A stretch of DNA of 63,999 nucleotides, filler included, from Asterionella formosa (GCA_002256025.1; 8 parts of 8 records of this genome joined end to end with filler, not necessarily neighbours in it); one strand, 5' to 3'; numbered from the whole stretch's first letter, positions 12,122-25,555 are shown. Program-made: numbers and translations. Notes: generated by a model not told the origin, from the sequence alone.

Positions 12122-13541
12122 ATGATACCCATCGTAGTTCTTCTCCTGTCCTTTGTCATTTATTCGCTGGCACAAAATAATGCCGACCTTGGCACTCTTA
12201 ACCTGGAAATGCACTCCAAAGCAACCGCTGAAGCACGAACAATTCTTTCCGATTCAGCGTTAATTACAAAAGCCTTTTTGAATCAACGATTCTCACAATA
12301 CTTTGATGATATTTCGGGTGTGGAATACTTTAACAGTGTTACTGTCGCCGTAGTGACGATGGACCAAATCAATGATTTGGCGGTGACTATTGATTTTCGA
12401 GTGACAGCCTCGTTTCAACGCACACCACTTCCTGGAAAGGCCCTGCTCGCAAGTCTACTTCATAATGCCTTTACAGGAGATTCTATTTCGAAATTTGTAA
12501 ATGATTTACAGCGTGACAACAATGCTTTTATTCATGGTGTAACGTACTTGATCGTCAGTTTGAATGGAACTCTGGTTGCCAATTTAGATGTGGCTGCCAT
12601 AAATGCCTCAACGAGTGCTCTCAATACCTCCACAGGCGAAAGTCAAAGCAACACATCCTCAGTACTTCCCATGGTTGTCATTATTGTTGGAGCCTGTGCA
12701 GCATTAATGGCCATAGTCATGATTGTGATGGTCATTCTTTTGATGAAGAAAGATTCGAGGAAGTCATCCAGAAGCATTGAGATTCCTGCGAAAACGATGG
12801 TTCGCGGACGAGATCTTGCCGTAAGGACTACATCTAAAGACACGACAGCTGGGTCGTCGCGATCCGTGTCTCCCCTTCGATCGGTATTGTCCCAGGACTC
12901 CTCAGTATTTACGTACAATCCTGGTTCGACGAGAGCACGCAAAATGAGTCAGGACGTTGGCTTTGGATCGGATGATGGTAACTCAGTCACTGAAATAGAC
13001 AAGAAAGACTTGAGTTTGATTCAGGAAGGTGACAATGAAGAGGTGCGTGTTGAGAAGAAAGGAGAAGGATACAAACCAATGGAACGATTATACTTATTTA
13101 TCAACATGTTGTACTTATACCTCTCACATCCTCACCCACATATTTGACCACAGGAAACTCCAGTAAAACCAAAGAGTATCCTCCGTAACAAGAAACCATT
13201 GGAGGTATGTTGAATGGAATGCCTATGTGGACGAAGCATATGTTCGCTGATAAAAAAACTCACCCATTACTTTGAACTCGCCTGTACAGGAATCTCCCCA
13301 GCAGCTAAAGGGTATCCTACGAGGGAAGAACAAACCCATGTCACCGCAGGTGGTGGAGTCTCCTATCGGTATTCCTTATTCCAAAGTCCCATCTAGCAAA
13401 ACAAGGAGAAAGAAACAATTCATGAATGAATCCTGGTATTCAGAAGATGATGCAGCAAGTCAATGTTCGGATGATAGTGATGTCATCAAGGATCTTAATA
13501 ATCTATCCCGACAAGTTAATAGACACCGAGGGCACTACTGA
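12122..13541 (+). CDS. Uncharacterised type I membrane protein (3 exons: 12122-13042, 13154-13204, 13290-13541)
   Basis: Signal peptide (MIPIVVLLLSFVIYSLA), one TM helix (MVVIIVGACAALMAIVMIVMVILLM) followed by KK, Ser-rich cytoplasmic tail. GT-AG introns join ORFs 12122..13147 and 13272..13541 in frame. Confidence 0.75.
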
Positions 13542-14673
13542 ACAATGTAACAATAGTCCTACATAATTTATTTTCTTCTTCTGATGGAATTATGCACTAC
13601 TAGTAGTATCTATGATGTACTAGTAGCATGCATGCATGAATTCATCTCACCACCAGGTCCCTTGTATGATTGTTTTGTGTATTGGGGAGGCGGAGGTGCA
13701 TGTGTGATCTTGAAGCGTAACAGTTGACAAGCATGCCATGCATGATCGAGGTGGTGCAGCGGTTGAATACCGTTATACTCCTACATACATACAGGATAGC
13801 ACCAAGCGGCATACCAGACGATAACACCTCGACACTGCGCGCGCCAGCGCCAGCATACCAACTACCGGGACCTACATTCACTTACCGGTACAAATATGAT
13901 ACACCTACCGGTTACATTCGCAACGAAGAGACGAGGATATTTTAAAAAATGACACGGATATGCATACGTTAGTACCTGGTACTATTTACCAGGAAACTGC
14001 ACAATCTAGCTATCATTTATGAATTTCGGTACCTGGTACCACGTATGTGCATGAATCTGGAGTCTCCATACTACATACCGGTATGTGTTACGTGGTACCG
14101 GTCCGTATGTATCCAAACATACCGGTAGTGCAGCTAAGAAGGTTTGCATACAGTACCTTATGATATCTATGTACGGTACCTGCAAGCAAGTTGCGGTTAT
14201 TTCGCTTAAATAAACAATTTCCTTCAGATAAAGATAGCTAAATCTTTAGTTGAGCAAAATTACCGTAACTGACTTGTACTATAAACAAGGTATGTTTCTA
14301 TATGTGCACACCAGCCAATGTACCGGTATGTAGCTACATGTACGTTTACATATATCAGAAAAAAATCAAACACGAGTAATCGCTCGTCAAACACCGATAT
14401 ATCAAATCGGTACCGTATCATATACCGGAATACAATATGTGTTAGCGGCGCTGCTGGTTCTTGATTTTTATCACAACACTCAAAATCAGGAGTTGTTGCT
14501 ATTGCTGATACTTCTAAATTTGAATACGGTTTGTCCGTAGCTAGTTAACCACTTCCACAACACAAATAGCACCAAACGTCGCCTCGCTTTGATTGCTCAG
14601 TCGTTGCCATCAAAGCCCCGCTTCGGTAGACTAGACTGCTACATCCATTGCTCCATCGCTCGATTGTTCCATC

Positions 14674-17663
14674 ATGCCCTTTCTCGTTCCAGCCGTGGCA
14701 TCGTCAGCAGCAGATATCTTGATCTTGTACTTGACATGGCACAACACACTGCCCGCGGCGCCGCCGACATCTGACGTTGAGCCTCACGGTGCGTTGCGTT
14801 GCATTGCGCTGATTCGCGGCTCGCCTTGCCTCACTCACACATCCCCACTCCAGCCTTTATCTACCACGTCAACTACTTGGCCCCCCTTGCCGCCATTCGA
14901 CTGCTCCTCGTGCTGCTGCCCTTCTCCTTCCATTCCTACACCGGTACGGCCCTTCCGCATACGCTCTGCTACTTGTTCTTCTACCTCGCATCCCTCGTGT
15001 GCTTGTTGGGACATGCGCTCTGCATATCCATGCTGGATCCGGACTCGTTGAAGATTGTTGTACTGGAAGCTCAGCATGCGTGGGCCATTATTCTGCTGAG
15101 TCTGGCGTCCGTTACCCTGCAAGTGACGTTGGTATGGCATGTCAAGTCATCTGCGCCACGTACCTTTGATCCACACCATCATGTGCTGTATCATTATGCC
15201 ACCATTCACGGAAATCACAACAACAATGCCATCAATAACGGAAATGCCAATGGAAACCACCACCACCACCACAACGAAGATGACTTTATGCTGGCAGCTG
15301 ATTTGCAAGCAAGATTGATCAGGACCAAACGACAATGGACCTCACGTCTTGATGACTTTTCGAGAAGATTGGCTGCAGCAGACCCAGATGCATCCTCCAC
15401 TTTTTCGGTTCTCTTGCAGCTGTTTGCATATGAAGATGTTGTGGAATCTGGAAAATTAGATGCATGTGATACAACATCGATACTATTTTATGTACCACAG
15501 TTGCTAAGTTTCTTACTACATGGGGCATACGACAAGACACCACAATTGGAACAATGGCTTTTGCAAAAATGCAAAGACAATGTGTACTTGTCACATAGGT
15601 GTGTATGGTTCCTAAGGGCGTGGTGTTTAGAAGCATCACCAACTATTATTTTAACGCCGTCGAGCAGTGCTGGGAGCTTGAAAAGTGTTACATCGGGATT
15701 CAAGAGTGCATCGTCTGTTACATCCCTGTATGGACTAGATGATACGAATAATGCAAAAAATGATGCGGGGCGGTATAGCTCGCATGAAAGAGATTCAGTC
15801 AAGGGATTGCTATTTAGAGTTATGGAATGTGGTCAAACAGACATTGCACCGATGATCATACCTTGTGCTTTAAATTTGCCCGATATTGAACAACAACAAC
15901 AACAACGTGACGATGCCAATCCTACCGATGTTTTCATGTCGACACCAAATATACTAGATGCACTCATGACAATGGCAGATTCCTTGTTTTTGATTCAAAG
16001 AGATCGCCGGACAGATGAATTGAGATATCAATTGCAGGTAATTGACCAAGAATTCTTACCCTCCAATGCCATTTATATGCCTGTCCACCGAGAACACCAT
16101 TGGACCTGTAGAATTGTACCGGAAGAGAGTATTGCCATTTCAACAAAAGAGCGAGTGCCGTGCATTGTTTGTTTGGAAGTTGTGGAGTACACGTCCAATA
16201 AAAAAAAGAAACGGACGTTGCTGGATACCTTTCGAATGGACTCTGTAGATGTGGAATCGTCACCTGGCATCATCCCTCTAATGGATGATTCTGAACGCGA
16301 TATTGTGCACTTGTGGAGAACCTTGGCCCGGAATCCTTATCGACATTCATCCTTATTGGACAAGGTGACTAATTTTACACAAGATAGTTTGAAGCGTTTT
16401 CGAGACAAAAATCCAAAGGATGCTTTGTTCTGGGCAGAAAGTGGAATCATGGAAATAATGAAACCGTTGACACAGGCAACGTCATCGACCCGAACTACGG
16501 CGTTGGAAGAACCCCTTACAACCATTGCAGCGGCTGCTCCTCACACACCAACAGGAAATACTGACATGGGACAGTGGTGTTCTCCAGTGGCAAGTCCCAC
16601 ACAGCAACCATGTTCGTCAGCCATGGGACAATGGGGATCACCCGTTTCGTCTTTTGTATCACGTCGAAAACAAGCTCGCATGGAAGAAGATGAAGCCATG
16701 GAAGCGCTTGCCACTTTACGTAACAACAATGAGCGCCGAGACTCGCACGGTGGACCACCTCCGCTAGATCGCAAGGCTCGACCTCCTCCTGTTGTCTTTA
16801 AGGAATCGTGGGCAACCAAGCAAGAGCGGATCCGAGCCACGTCAGAATACGGGTCCCAACCAAATTGGAGATTGTTGCCCATTTTAATCAAATCCAATGA
16901 TGACTTGAGACAAGAACAATTGGCATCTCAATTGATTTATAGAATGGCATCAATTCTGGCTAAGGATCGCATTCCAGTGTGGCTGTGTCCCTACGAGATT
17001 GTCGCCTTGTCGAATCGAGGGGGAATCATTGAAGCCATTCCTGACACTATCTCAATTGCGTCGTTGAAGAAGAATGATCCAACGTATACATCGCTAGCTC
17101 AGTTCTTTTTGGATCATTTTGATGAAGGCGAAGATAGAGAAGATGCCAAGGCCAACTTTGTGGAGTCTCTCGCAGCATATTCTATTGTTTGCTTTATTTT
17201 GCAAATCAAGGACAGGCATAATGGCAATATTTTGTTGGACACTTGTGGTCATTTAATTCACATTGATTTTGGTTTTTTCTTCCTCTCGAGTCCTGGCAAG
17301 AACTCTGGCTTTGAATCTGCCCCCTTCAAGCTTACTCGGGATTTCGTTGACGTTATGGACGGACCCAGTTCTCTAAAATTCCGTACCTTTCGGGAACTTT
17401 GCTGTCGCACCTTTTTGTCACTCCGCAAACATTGTCTTGAAATTACCCTTTTGGTGGAAATGGTGAGCGCGGGGAATGAGGAGTTGGCATGCTTTCGGGG
17501 TCGACCGGACGATGCGGTTCAAGGCTTACGTGAAAGGTTTCGATTGGATTTGAATGATCGAGCATGTCAGGAATATGTCAATGCATTGATTGACGAATCT
17601 CTGGAGAACTGGCGTACGCGGTGGTATGATCGATATCAACGATTTTGTGTTGGTGTGCTATAG
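14674..17663 (+). CDS. Phosphatidylinositol 4-kinase type III beta-like, with hydrophobic N-terminal extension (exons 14674-14788, 14854-17663)
   Basis: Helical domain FYVPQLLSFL, ISTKERVP, catalytic domain IKSNDDLRQEQLA, QIKDRHNGNILL, IHIDFGF, FESAPFKLT. A 65-nt GT-AG intron links the ATG at 14674 in frame with ORF 14799..17663. Confidence 0.92.
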
Positions 17664-19161
17664 AATACAAATACTTTGTCATGGCGTTATTAAAGCTATA
17701 TATATAGGGAAAAATGGATTGATTGCAGTAGACTATTTTGTATTTTGACTCTGTGTGGCTTTCCCCGATTTCAATATGGAATCGGCAGCATATGACTTTG
17801 ATGAGTTTTGTGAAATTCAACTGTTTAACTTGAAAGAGACATCGTAGATTAACTTAAAAGGATTTAGACTTGTTAACAAAACTATTTATGTGGATATCTA
17901 TTGGAAGTGCATTGTAGGATCAAAGTGAATTTAGGAGTCAGGTGGTAAATGGGTGCGACTATATTGGTATTTCCAAGCTTGCAAATTAATTACCTTTCAC
18001 AAGTGCAACAAAACTAAAACTTCTTATACATGCATGAAAGTAACAATTGACTCCTGTTATGCATCACATGTAGCTATGTACCATACACATATAGTTACTG
18101 GTACTTGGAATACCTAGATATCAGGTAGTAATAGTACTACCAGTTTCAAAAGGTCACATGGGTCCCATAATCTTTATCCACCAGAATCTCACTCACTTGT
18201 ACACTTTCGTTCCTTCTCTTTCTCATGGAAGCAGCGATAACGATGATATGAGGAATGGAAGAATGATGATGTGCAAGAGAACTGGGGTAATGGAAGTCGA
18301 AGAAAACTTCTTCATGGCGGAAATCAGGAACCCGACAAGGAACCAATTGCCGAAGATTTCAAGCAACGCTACAATCAAACAGATCAGCAGGGACAATGGA
18401 AGCAACAAACGGATAGTTCTTTGGGAAGTTGTAGCAATGCAGGAGTGGCAAAATTAGCAGATGGATTGTCAGGAGCTCAAAACTTGGAATGCCATAGCAT
18501 GCAAATTGTCCTAGCAAACAGTCTACAGATTGACAAAGTGCCCCAAGACATTTTAAAGTCTCTAATTATGAATTATTATAGTTTGCTATCATTTACTCTG
18601 TTTATGAGGTCACCAACACACTACCAAAAGCACCACATTTTGTCAATGAATTGATTGATTTAGAATTTCTAGTGGCTTTCTCATGGTTTATTGTGCTCAA
18701 GGGGTATCTCAGTCGCCAATTTTTACAATATAAGCAAGGAGTAACATGAAGTCCTTTACTTAGGAGTTTGTGTTGAATGGCGCAGCTAAAATTTCAGTGA
18801 AACTTTAAGAAGAAGTTTTACCTATAGGAAGATTATGCTAAAACAACAAGCAACCCAGCTTTTACAAACGTTTGACTAAATACTAGTACATATGGTGAAA
18901 GTTTGCATGTGATGGCCATGACCCATGATTGAAATCAATTTTTAGCAGTTTTGTAAAAATCTTATTATCTATTGATGTACACCTTCAAAAAATTTCTAAC
19001 ACTACCTCTGCCGGTTTCATCGATGCAGCGCTAACAGCATGAATAAACAATGAGTCGGAGGAGTCAAGGAAACACTCGTACCGGTACTCAATATGTCAGT
19101 TTTGGTACTTGACTTGAGTCATACGATAGCTCTGTTGCTCACAATTTGACAAGAATCCAAC

Positions 19162-19908
19162 GTGAACACGAATGAATTCGACAACGAACTGACAACTTTT
19201 CAGCACACCTGTTTGGAGTTGTCCAATCCCACCTGTTGTAATAGCTACTTTCTATACCATAACAGAGATATAAATATCACGAGATTCTTCCCTTTCCATC
19301 AAATTCCAATAGCAAAAATTACCAAGGCAGACATTATGAATGCCATAAATGGGGCAAGCAACCAACGCAGGAGCCTATCGGATAGTTCAACCACAACAAG
19401 TACTTCTGCAAGAGAACTCGCCCTGTATTTTTCACCACCAATCTATGAATTTTACCATGAACGGAAACAAGAACCGAATGAATCTCTTCCCTCACAGCAA
19501 AATCATCGAGAACCAACTATAATGGTGGTTATAAAAGGTGTTTCCAATGTCGACCATGACGATGATTCCTCATTGGAAGACGTCGAGTTGGCAGATATTC
19601 CAGCTGCTTATGCGAGTAGAAAATTAGGTAAAAGCTCGATACCATTCCCCTTTTACAAGCTTGTCTGCAGTTTGGCAACGATCAGCATGATTATTGGAGG
19701 TGCTGTGGTTCTCAGTTCATCGTTTCCCGGTAGCACTAATACTTCTCCACAGGCAAACAAAGTATCGGAGCAATCCGGAGTAATCAATCAATTGCAGAGT
19801 AACTCTTCGTCCTTCAGCGATAAGTCACTTTCAAATTGCACAAGAAGCAACAGTTCGATGTTTGGTCAAGGCAATGTTGCATCTAAAGTGCCAGCAATGG
19901 GTCCATAG
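19162..19908 (+). CDS. Hypothetical protein with one C-terminal-half TM segment; true start uncertain, possibly spliced
   Basis: 248-codon open frame with hydrophobic LVCSLATISMIIGGAVVLS followed by a Ser/Asn-rich tail. No family motif. Confidence 0.4.
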   Translation: MNTNEFDNELTTFQHTCLELSNPTCCNSYFLYHNRDINITRFFPFHQIPIAKITKADIMNAINGASNQRRSLSDSSTTTSTSARELALYFSPPIYEFYHERKQEPNESLPSQQNHREPTIMVVIKGVSNVDHDDDSSLEDVELADIPAAYASRKLGKSSIPFPFYKLVCSLATISMIIGGAVVLSSSFPGSTNTSPQANKVSEQSGVINQLQSNSSSFSDKSLSNCTRSNSSMFGQGNVASKVPAMGP

Positions 19909-20120
19909 AATCAAAAGAAGTAGAAAGCCCAGGATCAAAAGGAAATATATCGAGAAATTTTTTTTGTGAATATGAACAGCCTAGACGACTAAATTAGTAG
20001 TGAAAACTTTTTGAAAATTTATTGTCTTGTGGTGGACATATTTACAATAGAAGTTATTAAGTACTTCCAATATAGCTTGCTAAAAGCTCTTACAGAGCCT
20101 TCAAGGAGTAAGCAATGATT

Positions 20121-21904
20121 TCATTTCTCAATGTAAATTCCCTCGCTTTCCTGACTCGAATCCGCAAAAGAGCGGACTTTATCCATGGAAAGTTCTCCAT
20201 TTGCCGACACAGCTGGGGCATCGTGTACATGGTCCCCACTGTCCGCCATTGATCGTTTCAGAGGGGCATTAAAGCCCGAGAAGTAGGCAATCGTTGCAAT
20301 TGAAATACCTACCATGAGAATCACATCACCACGAATATCAGAACCAAGGTTAGGATTCGTGGGAAGCAACTGATAGTCATTATGAGCCGCTACTTCTGCC
20401 AAAGGAACCAAGAGGGCCGACATCAAGTTTCCACCGATTTGTTGGACACTTTCCACGGCAGTTTCGTCGCCAGGATATGTGACATCTACCGCGAGTTCAG
20501 CGTTGATTGGCTGGACAGGTCCGGCTGCCATTCCCAAACCTAACAATGCCATAACCATGAGGATAGGTGCATGTCCAATGGCATGTTCCGTCAATCCCAA
20601 TGGTATCAAAAACACGGCAGTCATTACGAGGCAAGCCAAGGTGACGGATTTGTATTGCTTGGTGCGGTCGACATAGCCACCAATGATAATGCCTCCTAGT
20701 AAAATGGCAAATTCAAATCCTGCACCAGCCAAGTCCACAGAAAATTGATCGTCAATACCTCCTCGGGACATGATCTCGTCGATGAAAGCCTGTCATTTTA
20801 TGATAGTAAATGATCAAGTTGTTAGAATCATCGCTGTGGGTGATGATGCAACGAATAAAGCTCATGAATTAGTCTTACCCCGACAATATTCGTAATGGAA
20901 ATACTGCAAATAAATGCCGCCAATGGTCTTGAAAATCCTGGTGTGCTGAAAAACGTCTTAATCGACTCCAAAAACGGTGGTTCCTTTTCTCCATGCGCTA
21001 ATTTCTCTAGCTCTGACGACGACGGTGGTGTTGGCGGCAAATTCTCCAATTGAATCAAGGCTCCCACCGCCACCACAGTGCTAATGATAGAAATAAGTCC
21101 AAAGTAGTCTTCCATTCCATTCTGTGTTTGCGCCATGGTTCCACCGACCAAAAATGCTGTGGCAATTCCGATTTGATTAAAATTCAATGCCACCGCTGTG
21201 GACGTGGCTCGTTCGTCACTGGCAAACCACTGCGCACTCAACAATGGAGGTGTACATTGGAAAAAGGGTTGTGCCGCCCCTACGAACAACGTGCCAATCA
21301 CCACAAGGGGATATGGTACCAATCCAGCTGCATTGTCTGTACTAGCAATGAGACTTGACGCGAGGTCGTCCCACCCAATGGCTTGCGCTGCTGGCAACAA
21401 GAATGCCAATCCACTGCGAAACCAGCAGCCAATCGCCATAAGGACACCGGCTCCTTGAAGTGCCGTTTGTAAACCAACCCTTGCAACAATGTCAGTCACT
21501 AGAAAGCATGAAGCAACATTCATGAACAAAAATATGTCAATAAGTGATGCCGCCGAATGACCCCACGTATCTTGAAAGGTTTGGGGGGCAGCTGCGACGG
21601 AAAAACAAACCCAATCGGAAACTAAAGCCAGGACGGAAAGGTAGCCGAGTTGGATCCATCTTTGAGGGTAAACTCTGGGCTCCATGTTGGAGTAGTCGAT
21701 GACTTCAGCATTGTCCTTGTTTCTGCCATCCAATAGCCCCTGAAGTTGGGTAAATTGAGCTCGAGGCGAGGTCACGGGCCGGGGCCGCGGAGAACTGATT
21801 CTAGCCGATGCCTGTCGATGGGGCTGCACAAAGGCAGCAGCAGTCGATAAGCAAAGCAACACGACAATTGCCGCGCTTGCAAGTGCTCGTTCTGGAGTTT
21901 TCAT
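20121..21904 (-). CDS. MFS transporter, FLVCR/SLC49-like, with bipartite plastid-targeting presequence (exons 21904-20879, 20789-20121)
   Basis: RVYPQRWIQL, AQPFFQCTPPLLSAQWFASDERATSTAVALNFNQIGIA, ELAVDVTYP, many TM helices. In-frame GT-AG intron 20878-20790. N-terminus is a signal peptide ending AAA-FVQP followed by an Arg/Ser/Pro-rich transit peptide. Confidence 0.85.
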
Positions 21905-22554
21905 TGTGTTGCGACAACGGGTGATCTCACAAGCGGGTGCTGAGATGGATTGTGGAAAGGGGAAATTCAATTGCTTTGACAGTTGAACTCCTCAAACTCA
22001 AAGTTCAGCCTTTGCACCCTGAGTGATAAGAATAACAGAAATAGTAGTAACAGCGCTTGGTGATTACAAGTGGATTGCACTCAAGTATTCTGCGTTCCTC
22101 AAACAAAATTCTGATTTCATTGAGAAAGATGACAACAAGCAAGGCAAAATGAAGTTCTGTTCATCTTCCTCCAATCATGATCTGCCTGATGTGTATCTAT
22201 GTAGTACCTGGTACCTGGTACCAGGTCTACCAGTGGTACGAGGAGTACTAGGTACAAGGTTCCGGTACCTGGCACCATGTACTGTTTGGTACCAGCTAGC
22301 TACCAGGTACCTTGAAGTCAGCCTCATCCATTTCTTGTGGAGCGACGCACTTGCTTGCTTCGGTTTCTAACAGAGCTTTTCTGTACTACAGGGCTACAGG
22401 GTAGACCAATCGTTTGGTATTTACCAGCACGAGTCGAGAGAGTCAGAGTGAGTCAGTTCGCTCTCTGACGTCATACCTGCGTCAGCAACGATGACATCAA
22501 TTATAAGTAGTGGTATGAATGTACTGGCACGTACCTGGTACTGGTAACAGGCAC

Positions 22555-24412
22555 CAGAGGTCGGTGAAAGCACATATACCGTACTGTAGTATTGGATACT
22601 GATATTGCTCCAGACGCAGTATCAGTATACCAGTATACTGTCATTCTATATTCCAAATACCATACTGTTCCAAAATTTTGCCAGTATACTGCTATGTAGG
22701 AATCTTACAGAAAATCCGGGATATCTTGTAAAGCATTGGAGAACGAAATCCGCCAGGTCGTATGACACATAAACTGTCGATCAGTGTATAGAATGTAAAA
22801 CGGTACTGGTACCTGGTATACAGATAGAGAGATGTACAATCTTTATCATATATTTACCGAATTCAAAAAGGAATCTATGCACGTACACCCAAATTTCCGA
22901 TGATTTGAAAATTTCAAATGGAATCGTGTCAATTAAAAATAGCTCATAAAAGTTCTTAGTTCCAGGGAATTTCGGCAATCCTAAGCAATATTTTAATTTT
23001 TGCCCAAAGATTGAAATGCAGGAACCTTGAGCAACACCAAAATAGAAAAAATCGACATATTATAGAAAAATCAGCATTACTGTGTGAAAGTGTGCACTAT
23101 ACAGTGTACACTGTAGATTGTACGTTGTATGCCATCACATCATCATCACTAAATTACCACAAAAACTGCTAAATGTGCACAAACTCGTCAACCTCATTAT
23201 GGCTTCAACTATCTCGAGATTTCACCAAAGAAACATGGTTGATTTCTTTTTCAATGAGCATGATAGTCAAGTTGAAGGAGATATTTTGTGGAGGATCAAG
23301 AAATGTCAACAAGACAAAAAGAAGTCAGGGGGTTGGACAAACCTGTTGACGCATCTGAAGGCTTGCATAGGACCAGACTACCAAGCTGAATACCACCGCT
23401 GTTTGAAGCAAAATGCTTTCTCTTCATTCACTCCTTCAGTTAGCAAACGAGAATCGGACATGTTCCATTGGATGGAGTGGGTAGTCATGCGAAACATGCC
23501 ACTAGCAGAAGTCGATAATGAAATCACACGCAAAGGGATGCGCTACGGTGCCATCACCTCAAAGTTGCTTAGGAAAATGATTTTCTTGTTACTGTCAGAG
23601 GTAAAAACAAAGATTAAGGAGCAGCTACCAAACTAGCTGGTGCTAGTATTTGATGGATGGACAGAGGGGAATGAACATTTCATTAGGATTCATGCATCCT
23701 ACATTGATCCTATCAGCAACTTAGCTATTGAAACATTGTTGTCGATGCAGCCTCTACTTGCTGAAGGAATCAAGACCATGACTGCAGCAGACAGAGTCTG
23801 TCATATCACCAAGACTTGTACACACTATGGGAAGACAGTGGACAACATTGTTTGCCTTGCTGGAGACAACTGCCCAGTGAATCAAAGCATGGCAAGAATT
23901 CTTGGAGTTCCTTTGTTGGGGTGTGGCTTGCACAAGTTTAACCTAGCAATCAAGAATTGGGTGATGGAACAGCCCAGTCTCCTTCGAATTATTATGAATC
24001 TAAGAATTTTGATGAAGAAGGCGGGAACACTAAACCTTCTCTTTGGGTACTTCTGTTAGTTGTGAAAGGCTCGTTTCCATTGCCAATCACATTCTTACTT
24101 GTGTGAGGAAGTCAACATCACCCGCTGTGTTTGAAACGATCCTATTTCTAAAAATGAATAGCCACTACTGGAACGAGGTTGCGGTCGGTAAAGCTATGGG
24201 TAGGACTATCACATTAGAGATGGATGATGATGAAGTAGATTAACATGATAGAACCAAAGCACTTAAGTAGCTTGCATGCATGATTGCCTGCTGCCTGCAT
24301 CCTTTTTTATTGGCCAAAATTGTTTTTCGCCAAGTCAATACTGTATACCAATATACGGCCTTTCTCTAACAAAGCCCGCAGTACTACTGCAGTATAATAT
24401 CACCGACCTATG
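22555..24412 (+). mobile_element. hAT-superfamily DNA transposon, both TIRs present, transposase disrupted by a stop and an internal deletion
   Basis: TIRs CAGAGGTCGGTGA / TCACCGACCTATG. Fragments 23118..23636 (BED-like GWTNLLTHL, WMEWVVMRNMPLAEVD), 23640..24059 (VFDGWT, GDNCPVN, GCGLHKFNLAI) and 24043..24243 (TSVSCERL.S...FETILFLKMN dimerisation motif). The 8-bp flanks ACAGGCAC / CCTGGTAC match 5/8. Confidence 0.88.
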
Positions 24413-25283
24413 CCTGGTACTCTACCGGTAAATAGTACGCACTGTATGTACCTGTTACACCCTGGTACTCCACACACTAGCTGGTAAAATTACCTGGCGT
24501 ACCAACGTACCAACCCATGGAGCAGTCCTTTTGTTGGATGAAAATTTTTCACAGGTAATTCTTTCTACAAGAACGTCATGTAGGCAAATGGTTATTTAAG
24601 GATTGATTTAATTTCATTTCTTCGCTTTCTTTGAGTATTATAGCTGCCCTTCATGACCATCCTCCTTTAGATGGCTGTCCAAACCTCCAATGTTGATGGT
24701 ACCTGCCATCAAATTGACTTGCAAGCCAGTTTGTTGCAACAAATTCTTTTTGATTCTCCTACTCTAACAAATTGTCTTTGTACATCTTCCTGTCATAGAT
24801 GTTGCCTCCAACAACAGGCTCAACAATTATTCGGCACTTTGACAGGACCTATTTAGTAGTATGTTCATTAAATTTAACACTAGCAACTCCCTTTTTTTCG
24901 CGATATTTGCCTTGAAAAATGCCGATCACCATGGCACTCATTCATTCTTGCTTTTCTCTCGACTGCAAAAAGAAACCATCATATTTGTGTGATGCATTTA
25001 GAGATGTTCTTATCATTCTATCATTGGACGTCATTGGTGTATCATCTTCGGGTTTTGTTTCGAAAATGGCAGTTTTTATCATAATTTTGTATCACCAATG
25101 GCTATATTTGGTCTGATCATCAGTGTATAATTGGTCTTCACTGATAAAGATTTTGGACCGCTGACCAATGCTGTATCAGTGATACGGCCATTTATCACTG
25201 TGTATCACGTCCGTTGTCACTGATAAAATAACTGTAAACATGCAAACGCCAACTACATAATTTATTATTTAAATGGGAAAACT

Positions 25284-25555
25284 AACATTAGCTTCACAGC
25301 GCAACATGAAAACACCACCACTGGTGCAATCGATTGATCTAATGGCGTCTGTAATTCAAGTTCTAGCTGCCTCACACCACTTTTGCAAGCCCTTCATGCC
25401 AGCGCCAACTATATAATTTATTTTGTTGATGGGAAAATCAACATTAACATCACAGTGCAACATGAAAACACCACTGGTGTAATCGATTGATCTAATGGAG
25501 AGCGACTGTAATTCAATTTCTAGCAGGAGCCTCACACCACTTTTGCAAGCCCTAA
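25284..25555. repeat. Diverged ~110 bp direct duplication
   Basis: AACATTA...GCAACATGAAAACACCAC...ATCGATTGATCTAATGG...GCCTCACACCACTTTTGCAAGCCCT occurs at about 25284-25393 and 25440-25553. Confidence 0.85.

Noticed and set aside
18146..18654. Overlapping short ORFs downstream of PI4K
   Set aside because: No recognisable domain or splice structure. Likely noncoding or a repeat remnant.
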